Below, in pieces: positions 10,701 to 20,707 of a stretch of 62,653 bases of DNA. The DNA lies in contig JABIWD010000051.1 of assembly GCA_018701105.1 (NCBI GenBank), positions 1-62,653 of the forward strand. Direction: 5' to 3'. Under the pieces are notes generated by a model. It was not told the DNA's origin and did no database searches. It worked only from the letters and a program-made list of their open reading frames with translations. Each line of letters starts with the position of its first letter. Position 1 is the first letter of the stretch. Position numbers and translations under genes: made by a program. This stretch comes from Candidatus Uhrbacteria bacterium. Its GTDB lineage: Bacteria > Patescibacteriota > Patescibacteriia > UBA9934 > UBA11717.

Positions 10701-12212
10701 TTATTCCTTTAGAAAGTCTATTGTAAATTCTTCAATTGCCTTGATAAGCTTTTCCTTCGTATCATCCTCAAGCTTAAGTGTTGTCTGCATCTCGGTTACG
10801 ATGTCCTCGTTCATTGAACTCATGTGAGTAATAAACTCAGACTCCCATTCACCAATTCGCTCAACTGGAACTGTGTCTAGGTAACCATTTGTAACTGCGA
10901 AGATAGACATAACCTGCTCTGAAACACTCATTGGAGCGTACTGAGCCTGCTTCAACATCTCCACTGTTCGTTTACCTCGCTCAATCTTTGAACGCGTTCC
11001 CTCATCAAGATCAGATGCGAACTGTGAGAAAGCCTCCAACTCTCGGAACTGCGCAAGGTCAAGACGAAGCTGTTTTGCAACAGACTTCATAGCCTTTGTC
11101 TGCGCAGACGATCCAACACGCGAAACTGAAAGTCCCACGTTCAAGGCTGGTCGCAATCCCTTGTTAAAGAGGTCCGACTCCAAGTAGATCTGTCCGTCTG
11201 TAATCGAGATAACGTTAGTTGGAACGTATGCTGACACGTCTCCACCCTGCGTCTCGATAATTGGAAGAGCTGTCATTGATCCTCCACCAAACTTGTCATT
11301 CAACTTAGCAGCACGCTCAAGAAGTCGTGAGTGCAAGTAGAAAACATCTCCAGGGTAAGCCTCACGTCCTGGTGGACGTCGAAGCAGCAATGAGATCTCT
11401 CGGTATGCAACGGCCTGCTTTGAAAGGTCATCATATACTACAAGCACATCCTGTCCCTTGTTCATGAAGTACTCTCCGATAGACGCACCAGCGTAAGGCG
11501 CGATGTACCAAAGCGCAGATGGATCAGATGCTCCGGCCAACACAACGGTTGTGTATTCCATCGCACCCGCATCCTCAAGCTTTTTCACAATCTTGGCGAT
11601 CTTTGACTCCTTCTGACCAATAGCTACGTAAACACACACAACTCCCTGCCCTTTCTGGTTGATGATTGTGTCGATTGCAATAGCTGTCTTTCCTGTCTGT
11701 CGATCACCAATGATGAGCTCTCGCTGTCCACGTCCAATTGGGATCATTGAGTCGATAGCTTTGATTCCTGTCTGCAAAGGCTCGTGAACTGATTCTCGCG
11801 CCATCACACCTGTTGCGACCTTCTCGATTGGCTCAAAGTGATCCTCTGGCAGCTTTCCCTTTCCGTCCAACGGTCGACCAAGTGGGTCAACAACCCGTCC
11901 GATAATCTCGTCCGATACAGGGATTGAAAGAATTCGGTTTGTTCGCTTTACAGTGTCTCCCTTTTTGATGTGTGTAAACTCTCCAAGGATGATAGCTCCA
12001 ACTGAGTCTTCCTCGAGGTTCAACACAACTCCAAATGTCTCGTTTCCAAAATCAATAATCTCCGAAGACTGAACTTCATCCAAACCAGAGATTCGCGCGA
12101 TTCCGTCTCCAACTTCAATCACGCTCCCAACTGATGCCGTCTCAACATCGGAAGAAAAACTTTCCAACTGTTTCTTCAGCGAGTCAAGGATGAGTGTTTT
12201 TGATGTAGCCAT
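10701..12212 (-). CDS. atpA: F1 ATP synthase alpha subunit
   Basis: [18 protein letters not shown] Walker A and operon order. Confidence 0.97.
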   Translation of the reverse strand: MATSKTLILDSLKKQLESFSSDVETASVGSVIEVGDGIARISGLDEVQSSEIIDFGNETFGVVLNLEEDSVGAIILGEFTHIKKGDTVKRTNRILSIPVSDEIIGRVVDPLGRPLDGKGKLPEDHFEPIEKVATGVMARESVHEPLQTGIKAIDSMIPIGRGQRELIIGDRQTGKTAIAIDTIINQKGQGVVCVYVAIGQKESKIAKIVKKLEDAGAMEYTTVVLAGASDPSALWYIAPYAGASIGEYFMNKGQDVLVVYDDLSKQAVAYREISLLLRRPPGREAYPGDVFYLHSRLLERAAKLNDKFGGGSMTALPIIETQGGDVSAYVPTNVISITDGQIYLESDLFNKGLRPALNVGLSVSRVGSSAQTKAMKSVAKQLRLDLAQFRELEAFSQFASDLDEGTRSKIERGKRTVEMLKQAQYAPMSVSEQVMSIFAVTNGYLDTVPVERIGEWESEFITHMSSMNEDIVTEMQTTLKLEDDTKEKLIKAIEEFTIDFLKE

Positions 12213-12213
12213 A

Positions 12214-12597
12214 TTATTTCAAATGTGATGCTAGCCGACGCAAACTTCCTTTTACGGACGCATCGATAATCGTATTATCCACTTTGACAATCGCTCCTCC
12301 GATCAACTCCTGATCTTGCGTTGCCGTTATGTCTTCTTCGTGCCGCTTCAGTAACGATGCGACCTTGCTCGTAAGCTCTCCCGGATCACCCGCTGTGATC
12401 ACCTGTATGTCAGATCCTGCAACGAGCTTGTTGTACGCTCCAGATATTTCAGACTCGAGCCTTGCAATCAAGTGAGCGTCTCCGCGCGCGACCATCAGGT
12501 CAAGCACTTCCTTCACTCTCGTGTCTAGAGTCGATCCTGCTGCATCCAGACTCGTTCCGACAAGTAACTCTGCATATGTTGCTATGTTTGTCTTCAT
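12214..12597 (-). CDS. atpH: F1 ATP synthase delta (OSCP) subunit, short form of 127 aa
   Basis: C-terminus [26 protein letters not shown], and its position between atpF and atpA. Confidence 0.7.
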   Translation of the reverse strand: MKTNIATYAELLVGTSLDAAGSTLDTRVKEVLDLMVARGDAHLIARLESEISGAYNKLVAGSDIQVITAGDPGELTSKVASLLKRHEEDITATQDQELIGGAIVKVDNTIIDASVKGSLRRLASHLK

Positions 12598-13271
12598 AGA
12601 TCCTTTGCAGCTGACTCGATAGCCGAGCTCGCATTAGCCTCAGCCTTCTTCACGTCTATAGCCGATCCAGCAACACGTTTTGCAGCCTCGACAACAAGTG
12701 CTGAGATCTCATCTTTCACCTCTGCCATCATCTGTTCCTTTTGAGCTGCGATCTGAGTCTTTCCAGACGCAACAACTTTCTCAACCTCAGACTTAGCGTT
12801 CGCTACCGTTTCTGTTCGCTTCTTTTCTGCAAGCTCACCAGCTTCTGCAACCATCGCCTTAGCTTCTGATCGAGCCTTAGCCATAACCTTCTCTTTGTCA
12901 TTCTCTAGCTCGTTGATCCGTTGCTCCATCTCATCCGCATGCTTGAGTCCTTTCTCGATCTTTTCTGTTCGATCCTGCATGAGTTTGAGCAATGGCTTGT
13001 ACGCGAACTTCCACAACACCAGCAAAACGATCATGAAGTTGATCAACTGGGCTGCAAAAAGTGAACCACTTAGTCCAAACTGACCCAAGAGGTCTCCCTC
13101 TTCGGCAACGTGAATTTCAGTTGACACCTCAATGAAGCTATCAGATGTAGCCTCTGTGTTGTGATCATCTCCGATCACTGCCTCGTCTTCAATTGTAGTC
13201 TTTTCAGTTTGTGACATATATTCATTCTTCGCACAAGATACGATAGCTCGTATCCTCTGCGCAGATGCCAT
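12594..13271 (-). CDS. atpF: Fo ATP synthase b subunit with an acidic N-terminal extension (start uncertain; alternative ATG at 13217)
   Basis: A single TM segment (LFAAQLINFMIVLLVLWKFAYKPL) is followed by a long charged helix. Confidence 0.8.
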   Translation of the reverse strand: MASAQRIRAIVSCAKNEYMSQTEKTTIEDEAVIGDDHNTEATSDSFIEVSTEIHVAEEGDLLGQFGLSGSLFAAQLINFMIVLLVLWKFAYKPLLKLMQDRTEKIEKGLKHADEMEQRINELENDKEKVMAKARSEAKAMVAEAGELAEKKRTETVANAKSEVEKVVASGKTQIAAQKEQMMAEVKDEISALVVEAAKRVAGSAIDVKKAEANASSAIESAAKDL

Positions 13272-13294
13272 GAATTCTCATGGCTATGCGACAC

Positions 13295-13561
<267 letters not shown>

Positions 13562-13573
13562 TCATGTCAGCCC

Positions 13574-14374
13574 CTAATGCGCTTCCTCCTCCGCGTGCAA
13601 ATCCATTGTAGCGACCGTTGCAAACGCAAGGAACAGGATCGCAAATACAGATGCCTGGATAATACCAACCAACAACTCAAGGAACATAAATGGTATCGGC
13701 AATCCATATGCCATTATTCCAGCAAGCACAGTAAGCAGCACTTCTCCTGCAAAAATATTTCCGAACAATCGTAAACTCAAACTTACAGTCTTAGCTACTT
13801 CACCAACAAGCTCGATAACTCCAACTCCGAACTCGATGAATGCAACAACTATGGCCATTGGACCCTTCTTGAAGGAATGGACAATGCCCATTATGTTGAT
13901 GAACTTATTGAAATGCTTCCAAGTTCCCAAAGCAATGATTCCAAATATGTGCGTCATGAATATCGAAAATCCTGCTATCGCTAACGTTAGGTTCAAATCA
14001 GAACCTGCGGGTCGCAAAAGTGGAATCAGTTCAACGTGACCGTGATGCAACTGGTACACACCGATAGAACCCGTTCCTGGCATTAAGCCGATCCAGTTAC
14101 TAAAAAGCACGAAAACAAATATCGTAGCTGCAATTGGGAAGTATTTCATTGCCGTATCTTTGTCTCCGGTAACCTGTTCAGCAAAAGACATGAGCACCTC
14201 CATAATCCACTCAAATACATTCTGCAATCCACGTGGAACCATTTCACGCTTTCTTGTGACTATCAACGCAAATACCACAAAGAACACGACAGCAATCCAT
14301 GAATTGATTATCGCGTTGGTTACGGGGAATCCCGCAATGTAGAAAATAGTTTCAGCCGATAGCGGCGGAATCAT
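13574..14374 (-). CDS. atpB: Fo ATP synthase a subunit
   Basis: SLSLRLFGNIFAGEVLL motif and multiple TM segments. Confidence 0.9.
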   Translation of the reverse strand: MIPPLSAETIFYIAGFPVTNAIINSWIAVVFFVVFALIVTRKREMVPRGLQNVFEWIMEVLMSFAEQVTGDKDTAMKYFPIAATIFVFVLFSNWIGLMPGTGSIGVYQLHHGHVELIPLLRPAGSDLNLTLAIAGFSIFMTHIFGIIALGTWKHFNKFINIMGIVHSFKKGPMAIVVAFIEFGVGVIELVGEVAKTVSLSLRLFGNIFAGEVLLTVLAGIMAYGLPIPFMFLELLVGIIQASVFAILFLAFATVATMDLHAEEEAH

Positions 14375-14664
14375 ACCTCTTTGTTGTACATGACAGCGTA
14401 TTTCTTCGCCTTTTTATAGAGCCACAACGCCGTCAGAGTGAAAGCTGCGACTAAACATATAATCAGAAACAATGGATCTGTACCAAAACGCGTGTCCAAC
14501 CAGGTTCCTAGGAACGTGGCAGCAACAGCGGGCACCGCAATCGAGATTCCAAAGTCTGCAGCGATACGGAGGGCTAGTGTAACGTAGTAATGGTTAGAAA
14601 CCTTCCCCGAAGGGCGTTTCTTATCCCCACCTTCCACCGGTCTCTCCATACCGCCAATATTCAT
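14371..14664 (-). CDS. AtpI/AtpZ-like small membrane protein (ATPase_gene1-type)
   Basis: FLGTWLDTRFGTDPLFLII motif. It is the first gene of the atp operon and overlaps atpB by 4 nt. Confidence 0.55.
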   Translation of the reverse strand: MNIGGMERPVEGGDKKRPSGKVSNHYYVTLALRIAADFGISIAVPAVAATFLGTWLDTRFGTDPLFLIICLVAAFTLTALWLYKKAKKYAVMYNKEV

Positions 14665-14725
14665 ATGTTAAAAAGCGCCCGAATTGTACAACTCAAGACG
14701 CTTTTGGTCAACCACAAGATAAAAT

Positions 14726-15574
14726 TTACGCTAATTTGAAGAGTTTATTGGCATTTTCGTCAGTAATTCGCTCAACTTCCTCCACAGTCACTCCTTTGAG
14801 CTTTGCGATTTTCTCCGCAACATGGATAACCATCCATGGTTCGTTCCGCTTTCCACGGTTTGGCTCAGGAGTCAGGTAAGGAGCATCAGTCTCAACCAAC
14901 ATCCACTCTAAAGGTACGTCTCTAGCCACTTCCATCAACGGTGTGAGCTTTTCAGGGTCTTTCTTGTCCCTGAAGGTCATAATGCCCGTAAACGACGTGT
15001 AGAAGCCAATATCGTGATATGCACGCGCTTCCTCGATCGTTCCCGTAAAACAATGAACAACTCCCCTTCGCTCGAGCCTCCCGGACTCAGTATATTGCTT
15101 CAAAACCTCGACCATCTCCGCATGAGCGTCTCTAACATGAAGAATAACGGGCATATCAGTCTCGTTTGCAAGCTCGAGCGCGTGATGAACGTTAATCAGC
15201 TGCGTCTCCATCACATCTTCTTTCCCAATATCCGGTAATCTAAAGAAGTCGAGTCCAACCTCGCCAATGGCAACAACCTTTGAGGAGCTCTTGATCAATT
15301 CACGATAATAATCCTTATCGAAGCTCTCTGCACGCGTGTTAAACGCTTCCTGATCATCCTCGTGTATCGTCTGGCGATGAACATGGCTTGGATGTAGCCC
15401 AACAGAGCACCACATATTCTCGTGAGCCTCTGCAACCTCTATCCCGTATTTCGATGTACTCGTCTGCGTACCAATAGTAATCATTCGCACCCCTCTTGTC
15501 TGAGTACGAGCAATCACCTCCTCCATGTCTTCCTTGTAAGATTGAAAATGAATGTGGCAATGTGAATCTGTCAT
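14726..15574 (-). CDS. TatD-family metal-dependent hydrolase (start at MTDSHCHIHF; the ORF track extends to 15628)
   Basis: HCHIHF, the HPSHVH-type motif and a VETDAPYLTP C-terminal motif. A TATACT -10 box lies 9 nt upstream of the ATG at 15574. Confidence 0.85.
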   Translation of the reverse strand: MTDSHCHIHFQSYKEDMEEVIARTQTRGVRMITIGTQTSTSKYGIEVAEAHENMWCSVGLHPSHVHRQTIHEDDQEAFNTRAESFDKDYYRELIKSSSKVVAIGEVGLDFFRLPDIGKEDVMETQLINVHHALELANETDMPVILHVRDAHAEMVEVLKQYTESGRLERRGVVHCFTGTIEEARAYHDIGFYTSFTGIMTFRDKKDPEKLTPLMEVARDVPLEWMLVETDAPYLTPEPNRGKRNEPWMVIHVAEKIAKLKGVTVEEVERITDENANKLFKLA

Positions 15575-15597
15575 AGTGAAAACAGTATATAAAGGAA

Positions 15598-15780
15598 AAG
15601 GACCAACGTCGAGTGACGAAGGCCCCATCTGGCTCCAGGTGGAGCGAGGGAGTAGATTGGGCGGGCCATCCGGAATACGTCCGGCACTGTAGCTTGTTGC
15701 AGGGCTCGTCGCAAAAACGAGAATTCTACACTAATAGCTTGTCAAGCACTACAGCCCTCCCCTCCGAGGAATGGCCTGCA
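15598..15780 (-). ncRNA. Candidate structured small RNA of about 180 nt; class unknown, 6S-like length
   Basis: Bounded by a TTGACA-17-TAGTAT promoter (15815-15787) and an imperfect hairpin plus TTTTCCTTT (around 15598-15630). Several internal hairpins are visible: GCTCC-ACCT-GGAGC, CCGGA-CGTAT-TCCGG, CTCGT-TTTTGCG-ACGAG, and CTGTAG(TG)CTTG pairing with CAAGCTACAG. No credible CDS. Confidence 0.3.
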
Positions 15781-15786
15781 AAAAAG

Positions 15787-15815
15787 ATACTACTCACTCT
15801 CTATGTTTATGTCAA
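15787..15815 (-). promoter_or_regulatory. Sigma70-like promoter TTGACA-17 nt-TAGTAT overlapping the CvpA stop codon
   Basis: The minus strand reads gattcTTGACAtaaacatagagagtgagTAGTATcttttt. Confidence 0.45.
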
Positions 15816-16351
15816 GAATCCTGTGGAAGACTAGCCTGAATCAACTCGCTGGCACGCTCTGATGCCTCGGGAAACAGGGCGCCAAGTAACATCGAGACGA
15901 AAACTACCGTGCTCGCCATGATCGAGCCGTCTAGCGCTGTCTGGAACACTTCAGGCAGGTTCGGTAGGCTCGTTGCTACGAACAATGCAGCTCCTGCTAT
16001 CAGTACTCCTTCGAGTAACCCTAGTACGACGCCTAGAATTCTGTTTAATGTTTTTGTAAATGGAATAATCGAAACGACGTTAAACGCCTTTCCGATTACT
16101 TCGACTAATATTTGTACTAACTTGCTACCAAGTGCAAGTATGAAAAAGAAAACTGTAATCTGCGCCCAGAACTGTCCCGCCATCGCGTCGGGCAAGATCC
16201 AGAACGCAACCGTCACGTGAGTATGCACGGCCACGATGATAGAGAAGATCGTACCTACCAAGCTCGACAATGTGTGCACAAACCCCGCAGCGAAGCCGTA
16301 AATGGCGAACCCTGCGATGATGCCGAGAATAACTAGGTCGAGTATCATCAT
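15812..16351 (-). CDS. CvpA-family membrane protein
   Basis: N-terminus MMILDLVILGIIAGFAIYGFAAGFVHTL, with 4 TM segments. Confidence 0.75.
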   Translation of the reverse strand: MMILDLVILGIIAGFAIYGFAAGFVHTLSSLVGTIFSIIVAVHTHVTVAFWILPDAMAGQFWAQITVFFFILALGSKLVQILVEVIGKAFNVVSIIPFTKTLNRILGVVLGLLEGVLIAGAALFVATSLPNLPEVFQTALDGSIMASTVVFVSMLLGALFPEASERASELIQASLPQDS

Positions 16352-17865
16352 TCTTTCTTTGTTTCGATTCTAGGGAAAAGCTGTTCACCCAGCGCCACCT
16401 TTGCACCCGGCTGCAATCCACCCCAAATAGCAGCTTCCTTCATTGGCATCTGCGCCTGTTCGACAACCGATGTACCGATAGCTTCAAAAATCTTGTAACT
16501 CGTCTCTGGGGTAACTGGCATTATCATCCACGCAACATGACGCAAAGCCTCGAGCAACGTGTACAGAACCTCGCTTACCTCTGTCTTGTCATCGAGCTTG
16601 CCGAGCTCCCATGGTTTCTTGTCATCGATGAATTTATTCATGTCGCGGACAATCTGCCATGCAGCTGCGAGTCCATCGTGGAATCGCAAATCTTCCATCG
16701 ACTTTCTGTAATCAGTCCAATGCGACTTCACGTTGTAGTCAACTACTGCGGGAACGACTCCTCCAAGATAACGATCTGTCATTGCTACCGCACGGTTCAA
16801 CAAGTTACCAAGCTCGTTAGCCAGGTCGTTGTTGAACCTCTCTTCAAATCTCTTGATCGAAAAGTCACCGTCACTATGAAATGGGATCTCCCGCATCATG
16901 AAGTACCGCAAAGGCTCTGTGCCATATTGGCTAAGTAGCTCAAACGGGTCCAACACGTTTCCACGAGTCTTGCTCATCTTTTCACCATTTGCAGTGATCC
17001 AGCCATGTACTCCAATCTGCTGAGGCACCTTAACACCTGCGGCCATAAGCATAGCCGGCCACAAAACTGAGTGGAACCGGTTTATCTCCTTTCCTATAAT
17101 ATGTATGTCAGCCGGCCAGTACTTTCGCATCATCTCGTCATCCTCACCGTAGCCAATAGCTGATATATAGTTCACTAGCGCATCGAACCAAACGTAAATA
17201 ACTTGACCATCGTCACCCGGGACAGGAATACCCCACTTCAACACTTTGGTTGAGCGCGAGATCGAAATATCCTCAAGCCCAGACTTCAACAACTGTTTCA
17301 TCTCGTTAAACTTGGCCTCAGGAACAACGAAGTCAGGGCGCTCCTCATAAAGTTTCTCCAACTTTTCCTGAAACGCTGACAATTTGAAAAAGTAATTCTC
17401 TTCCTCCACCTCCTCGCATGGTGTCTTGTGATCCGGACATACATCATCAACAAGATCCTTCTCGGTCTTAAAGGACTCGCATCCAACACAATAAAGACCT
17501 TTGTAGGCCTTCTTATATATGTAACCCGCCTTATCCACCCTTTTCCAAAACGCTTCCACCGACTTGTGGTGACGTTCTTCCGAAGTCTGGATAAAGTCGT
17601 CGTTACCAATATTGAGCTCGTCTGCGAGCTGCCTTACCCGTGCCGCAATTTCATCAACAAAAACCTTAGGCTCCTTTCCAGCCTCCTCGGCCTTACGTGA
17701 GATCTTAGATCCGTGTTCATCTGTTCCTGTCAGGTATCGCACGTCCCTACCAGACATTCTGTAATATCGCGCCAACACATCTGCGTAAATCAACTCTAGA
17801 GCGAATCCGATGTGCGGATCCGCATTCGCGTATACAATCGCGGTCGTAATATAAAACGGTTTCAT
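16348..17865 (-). CDS. metG: Methionine--tRNA ligase
   Basis: FYITTAIVYANADPHIGF (HIGH region) and KMSKTRGN (KMSKS). Confidence 0.95.
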   Translation of the reverse strand: MKPFYITTAIVYANADPHIGFALELIYADVLARYYRMSGRDVRYLTGTDEHGSKISRKAEEAGKEPKVFVDEIAARVRQLADELNIGNDDFIQTSEERHHKSVEAFWKRVDKAGYIYKKAYKGLYCVGCESFKTEKDLVDDVCPDHKTPCEEVEEENYFFKLSAFQEKLEKLYEERPDFVVPEAKFNEMKQLLKSGLEDISISRSTKVLKWGIPVPGDDGQVIYVWFDALVNYISAIGYGEDDEMMRKYWPADIHIIGKEINRFHSVLWPAMLMAAGVKVPQQIGVHGWITANGEKMSKTRGNVLDPFELLSQYGTEPLRYFMMREIPFHSDGDFSIKRFEERFNNDLANELGNLLNRAVAMTDRYLGGVVPAVVDYNVKSHWTDYRKSMEDLRFHDGLAAAWQIVRDMNKFIDDKKPWELGKLDDKTEVSEVLYTLLEALRHVAWMIMPVTPETSYKIFEAIGTSVVEQAQMPMKEAAIWGGLQPGAKVALGEQLFPRIETKKE

Positions 17866-17896
17866 CTGAACTGTCAGTATAATTCTAAATACACTG

Positions 17897-18565
17897 TTAT
17901 TCTAACACAATAACGAACTCTCCTTTAGTGCTCGCTGTGGCTAATCGCTCAACAAGCTCGCTTGCTGTCCCTCTCATGATTGTTTCAAACTTCTTCGTGA
18001 GCTCACGCGCAATCACCATTTTACGATCCGGTTGCCTACTCGCGATCTCATCAACTGTCTTATGAATGCGATGCGTGGACTCATAGAGCACCGTCGTGAT
18101 GGTCGATGCTGCGACGTTGTCAAAATATGTCTGTCTCCCCTTTTTCTTTGGCGCAAACCCCATCACGTTGAACTTGTCTGCAGGAAAACCGCAAACTGAC
18201 AGAGCAGTTATGATCGCAGATGGGCCTGAGATCGGCACGATCGGAGCCTCAGGCAAGTCTCGAGCTACCGACTCAACGAGTCGCCCACCAGGATCTTCGA
18301 TCCCAGGTGTTCCTGCATCCGACACGTACGCAACGTCATGCCCTTCCTCGAGCTCTTCCAACACATGTCGAATCTGCTTCTCATGACTATGATGGTCGTA
18401 GCGCTTCACAGTCACTTTGATATCGAGCTTATGCAACAGCGACTTCGCAACACGCGTATCTTCCGCAAACACAACATCGACACTCTGAAGTGTCGATGTC
18501 ATACGAGCGGAAACATCATTCATGTTCCCGATCGGTGTAGCAACTATGTACAGTGTGCCAGGCAT
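17897..18565 (-). CDS. rsmI: 16S rRNA (cytidine1402-2'-O)-methyltransferase
   Basis: GTLYIVATPIGNMNDVS N-terminus typical of RsmI tetrapyrrole-methylase-fold proteins. Confidence 0.88.
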   Translation of the reverse strand: MPGTLYIVATPIGNMNDVSARMTSTLQSVDVVFAEDTRVAKSLLHKLDIKVTVKRYDHHSHEKQIRHVLEELEEGHDVAYVSDAGTPGIEDPGGRLVESVARDLPEAPIVPISGPSAIITALSVCGFPADKFNVMGFAPKKKGRQTYFDNVAASTITTVLYESTHRIHKTVDEIASRQPDRKMVIARELTKKFETIMRGTASELVERLATASTKGEFVIVLE

Positions 18566-19821
18566 TACTCTGCTTCAACTTCCGCTGAAGGGGTATCAAA
18601 CTGTGGATCGATCACCTCAATGACCTGCCCTTTATCTTCCTCTCTACCCTCACCTTCTTCTAGTTTATATTCTCCATCAACCAATCCTTTTCCAAACACA
18701 ACCGCGTACAGCTGTGACTCCTGGTACAACGATGACCACTCGAACCAGAACATTGTCTGCACCTGCAACTGAGCTAGGGTCGTACCCTCAAGCACGAGGT
18801 CGCGCTCTATGTCGCTAAGCTCCCAGACATTTCCGTCGCTATCTATCAATGTACCGTCTTCAGTACTATCGAACTCCACATCACCGCGCTCATGCGCTCG
18901 TAATACACGTTCGGCATCATCGAACCAAACGACTACGTTCGTCTCGCCAACAACGTCATTCTTTACTCCACCGGCGAATTCAACGATAGGCCCCTCTTGA
19001 TACGCCTTGGTCCCAGTCTCTGTCACAACTCCAAGAACAACGTCTTTTGGTCGCAACGCTTTGTCTGGATCGTTTACAAAAGGGAAGTAAATCACCTTTG
19101 CCACGATGTATGGTCCATATGGTGATCGATCATATGCTCGAACTGATCCTGTGTCTTTCGACAACACGACACCGTTGGGATGAGCTTCTTTCCAAACTCC
19201 CCACGGTACAAGATCAAATGGCAACGTAGTCATCTCCTCTCCTGCATGGTCTCCGTAAACACCCTTTGCAAGAACCTGACTCCACAAACTATCTGATTCC
19301 TGGTCGTATAGTAGAGAGTTGTTGCTCCAAAGCAATCCTGAAACTCCAAACGTCAAACTCGACCCATCTTCATCCTCTGCAGAAAAGATGTTCGATACTC
19401 CAGAAAGCTCACTGTATGTTACAGCAGCATTCGTTCCGTTGATCTCGTCGAGCAAGATCTCATGCCAGCTCAAGATCTGTTGCGAGTAGAACTTGTACTC
19501 ACCGTCGTCAAGAACACTGATTCCGTAGTTCTCGTTAAAGAGGTAACCCTCGGCACTCGCCTCGTCTACACTCACGAACTTTGGGTCTGTGATAACGGGC
19601 ATTCCGTCTTTCCCTTGTCCGCTCTCTACGATGTCGGAAGGTCGAACAATCATCTTGTCTCCCTTATGCTTCACGACCTCGTCGAAGATCCCAACGCCTC
19701 CGATCTCGTTTGATGGATCCGAGTCTGCGATACCAAAAAGCTTCGCATCTCCCGTTGCACATCCAGCGCCAATAAGCGCCACTACTGCCAATACTCCAAA
19801 AATCGTTATTCGTTTATCCAT
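18565..19821 (-). CDS. DUF3179-like secreted lipoprotein
   Basis: Lipobox LIGAGC, and GKDGMPVITDPKFVSVDEA resembling the DUF3179 signature. Confidence 0.6.
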   Translation of the reverse strand: MDKRITIFGVLAVVALIGAGCATGDAKLFGIADSDPSNEIGGVGIFDEVVKHKGDKMIVRPSDIVESGQGKDGMPVITDPKFVSVDEASAEGYLFNENYGISVLDDGEYKFYSQQILSWHEILLDEINGTNAAVTYSELSGVSNIFSAEDEDGSSLTFGVSGLLWSNNSLLYDQESDSLWSQVLAKGVYGDHAGEEMTTLPFDLVPWGVWKEAHPNGVVLSKDTGSVRAYDRSPYGPYIVAKVIYFPFVNDPDKALRPKDVVLGVVTETGTKAYQEGPIVEFAGGVKNDVVGETNVVVWFDDAERVLRAHERGDVEFDSTEDGTLIDSDGNVWELSDIERDLVLEGTTLAQLQVQTMFWFEWSSLYQESQLYAVVFGKGLVDGEYKLEEGEGREEDKGQVIEVIDPQFDTPSAEVEAE

Positions 19822-19899
19822 AATATGAGAATTTCCAAAATTATAGCACTTTTTATGTAAACTAGGTATAATCGATTTTACTGATTAAGTCAAAGAAAA

Positions 19900-20469
19900 A
19901 TGAACTATATGGATACATGTTGCAAATCAAACCAATCCTTCTGCTGCGGAGCTAAGGTTGGTAAACCAGCGCCTAAGATGACGCTTGATGCTGTATTAGG
20001 TAACGGTGAGTTTACAAAAGTGACGGTTGGAGAAGATGCGGGAAAGTGGACGGTGCTGTTCTTCTACCCTCTAGACTTCACTTTCATCTGTCCTACCGAG
20101 ATAAAAGGGTTCTCACAGCGGTTCTCTGAGTTCGAGGCGCTCAACTCCGTAGTCTATGGGTGTTCTACAGACTCAGTCCACAGTCACAAAGCATGGCTAA
20201 AGGATCTTGGTGAGCTTAAGACTCCCCTTTTGAGCGACATGAAACACGAGCTTTCACGAGCATACGGAGTATTGCTCGAGGACGAAGGTATCGCGTTGCG
20301 AGGAACTTTCATGATCGATCCTGAGGGAATCCTGAAGTATGCATCGATTAACGACAATGCGGTTGGTCGAAGCATCGACGAGACATTGCGCGTGTTGAAA
20401 GCGTTGCAAACCGGTGAGCTTTGCCCGGTTGAGTGGAGCGAGGGTGGAGAGACACTTGGGAAGGCCTAG
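19900..20469 (+). CDS. 2-Cys peroxiredoxin (AhpC/Prx1 type) with a Cys-rich N-terminal extension
   Basis: FFYPLDFTFICPTEI peroxidatic Cys motif and GELCPVEW resolving Cys. The extension is MNYMDTCCKSNQSFCCG. Confidence 0.9.
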   Translation: MNYMDTCCKSNQSFCCGAKVGKPAPKMTLDAVLGNGEFTKVTVGEDAGKWTVLFFYPLDFTFICPTEIKGFSQRFSEFEALNSVVYGCSTDSVHSHKAWLKDLGELKTPLLSDMKHELSRAYGVLLEDEGIALRGTFMIDPEGILKYASINDNAVGRSIDETLRVLKALQTGELCPVEWSEGGETLGKA

Positions 20470-20474
20470 TAAGA

Positions 20475-20533
20475 ATAGGTCTTCTGGCAAAGGGCTAGTT
20501 GAATATAGGTCAGATAGGACCTATGGGACCTAT
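20475..20533. repeat. Cluster of four 7-mers ATAGGTC / GACCTAT (two forward, two inverted)
   Basis: ATAGGTC at 20475 and 20505, and GGACCTAT at 20517 and 20526. Confidence 0.6.
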
Positions 20534-20540
20534 ACGGGAA

Positions 20541-20565
20541 ACGGCGGTTTTGGCCGCTGTTTTTT
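20541..20565 (+). terminator. Rho-independent terminator after the peroxiredoxin gene
   Basis: ACGGCGG-TTTTGG-CCGCTGT followed by TTTTT. Confidence 0.65.
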
Positions 20566-20566
20566 A

Positions 20567-20595
20567 TTGACAATTTGCAATTTTTGTGGGATTGT
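20567..20595 (+). promoter_or_regulatory. Putative promoter TTGACA-17 nt-GATTGT upstream of the GC-rich 362-aa gene
   Basis: Perfect -35 box but a weak -10 box. Confidence 0.3.
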
Positions 20596-20707
20596 CAGCC
20601 CAGTACGTAAATGGCTCGGAGAGGTTTAGCCCGTAAGGGGCGACATCTTGATGAGTGACCTCTGCTATACAGGGCATACGTCCTGATGGCTTGGAGGGGT
20701 GATAGAA

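Noticed and set aside
15598-15780. Identifying the candidate sRNA as SRP RNA, RNase P RNA or tmRNA
   Set aside because: It lacks the SRP domain IV string (GGUCCGGAAGGAAGCAGCC-like), the RNase P GAGGAAAGUCCGGGC box and a tmRNA tRNA-like end. It is also too short for RNase P RNA or tmRNA.
15613-15834. 73-aa plus-strand ORF in the cvpA-tatD spacer
   Set aside because: No SD, an odd composition, and overlap with the cvpA 3' end. The region is better explained as a structured RNA or regulatory spacer.
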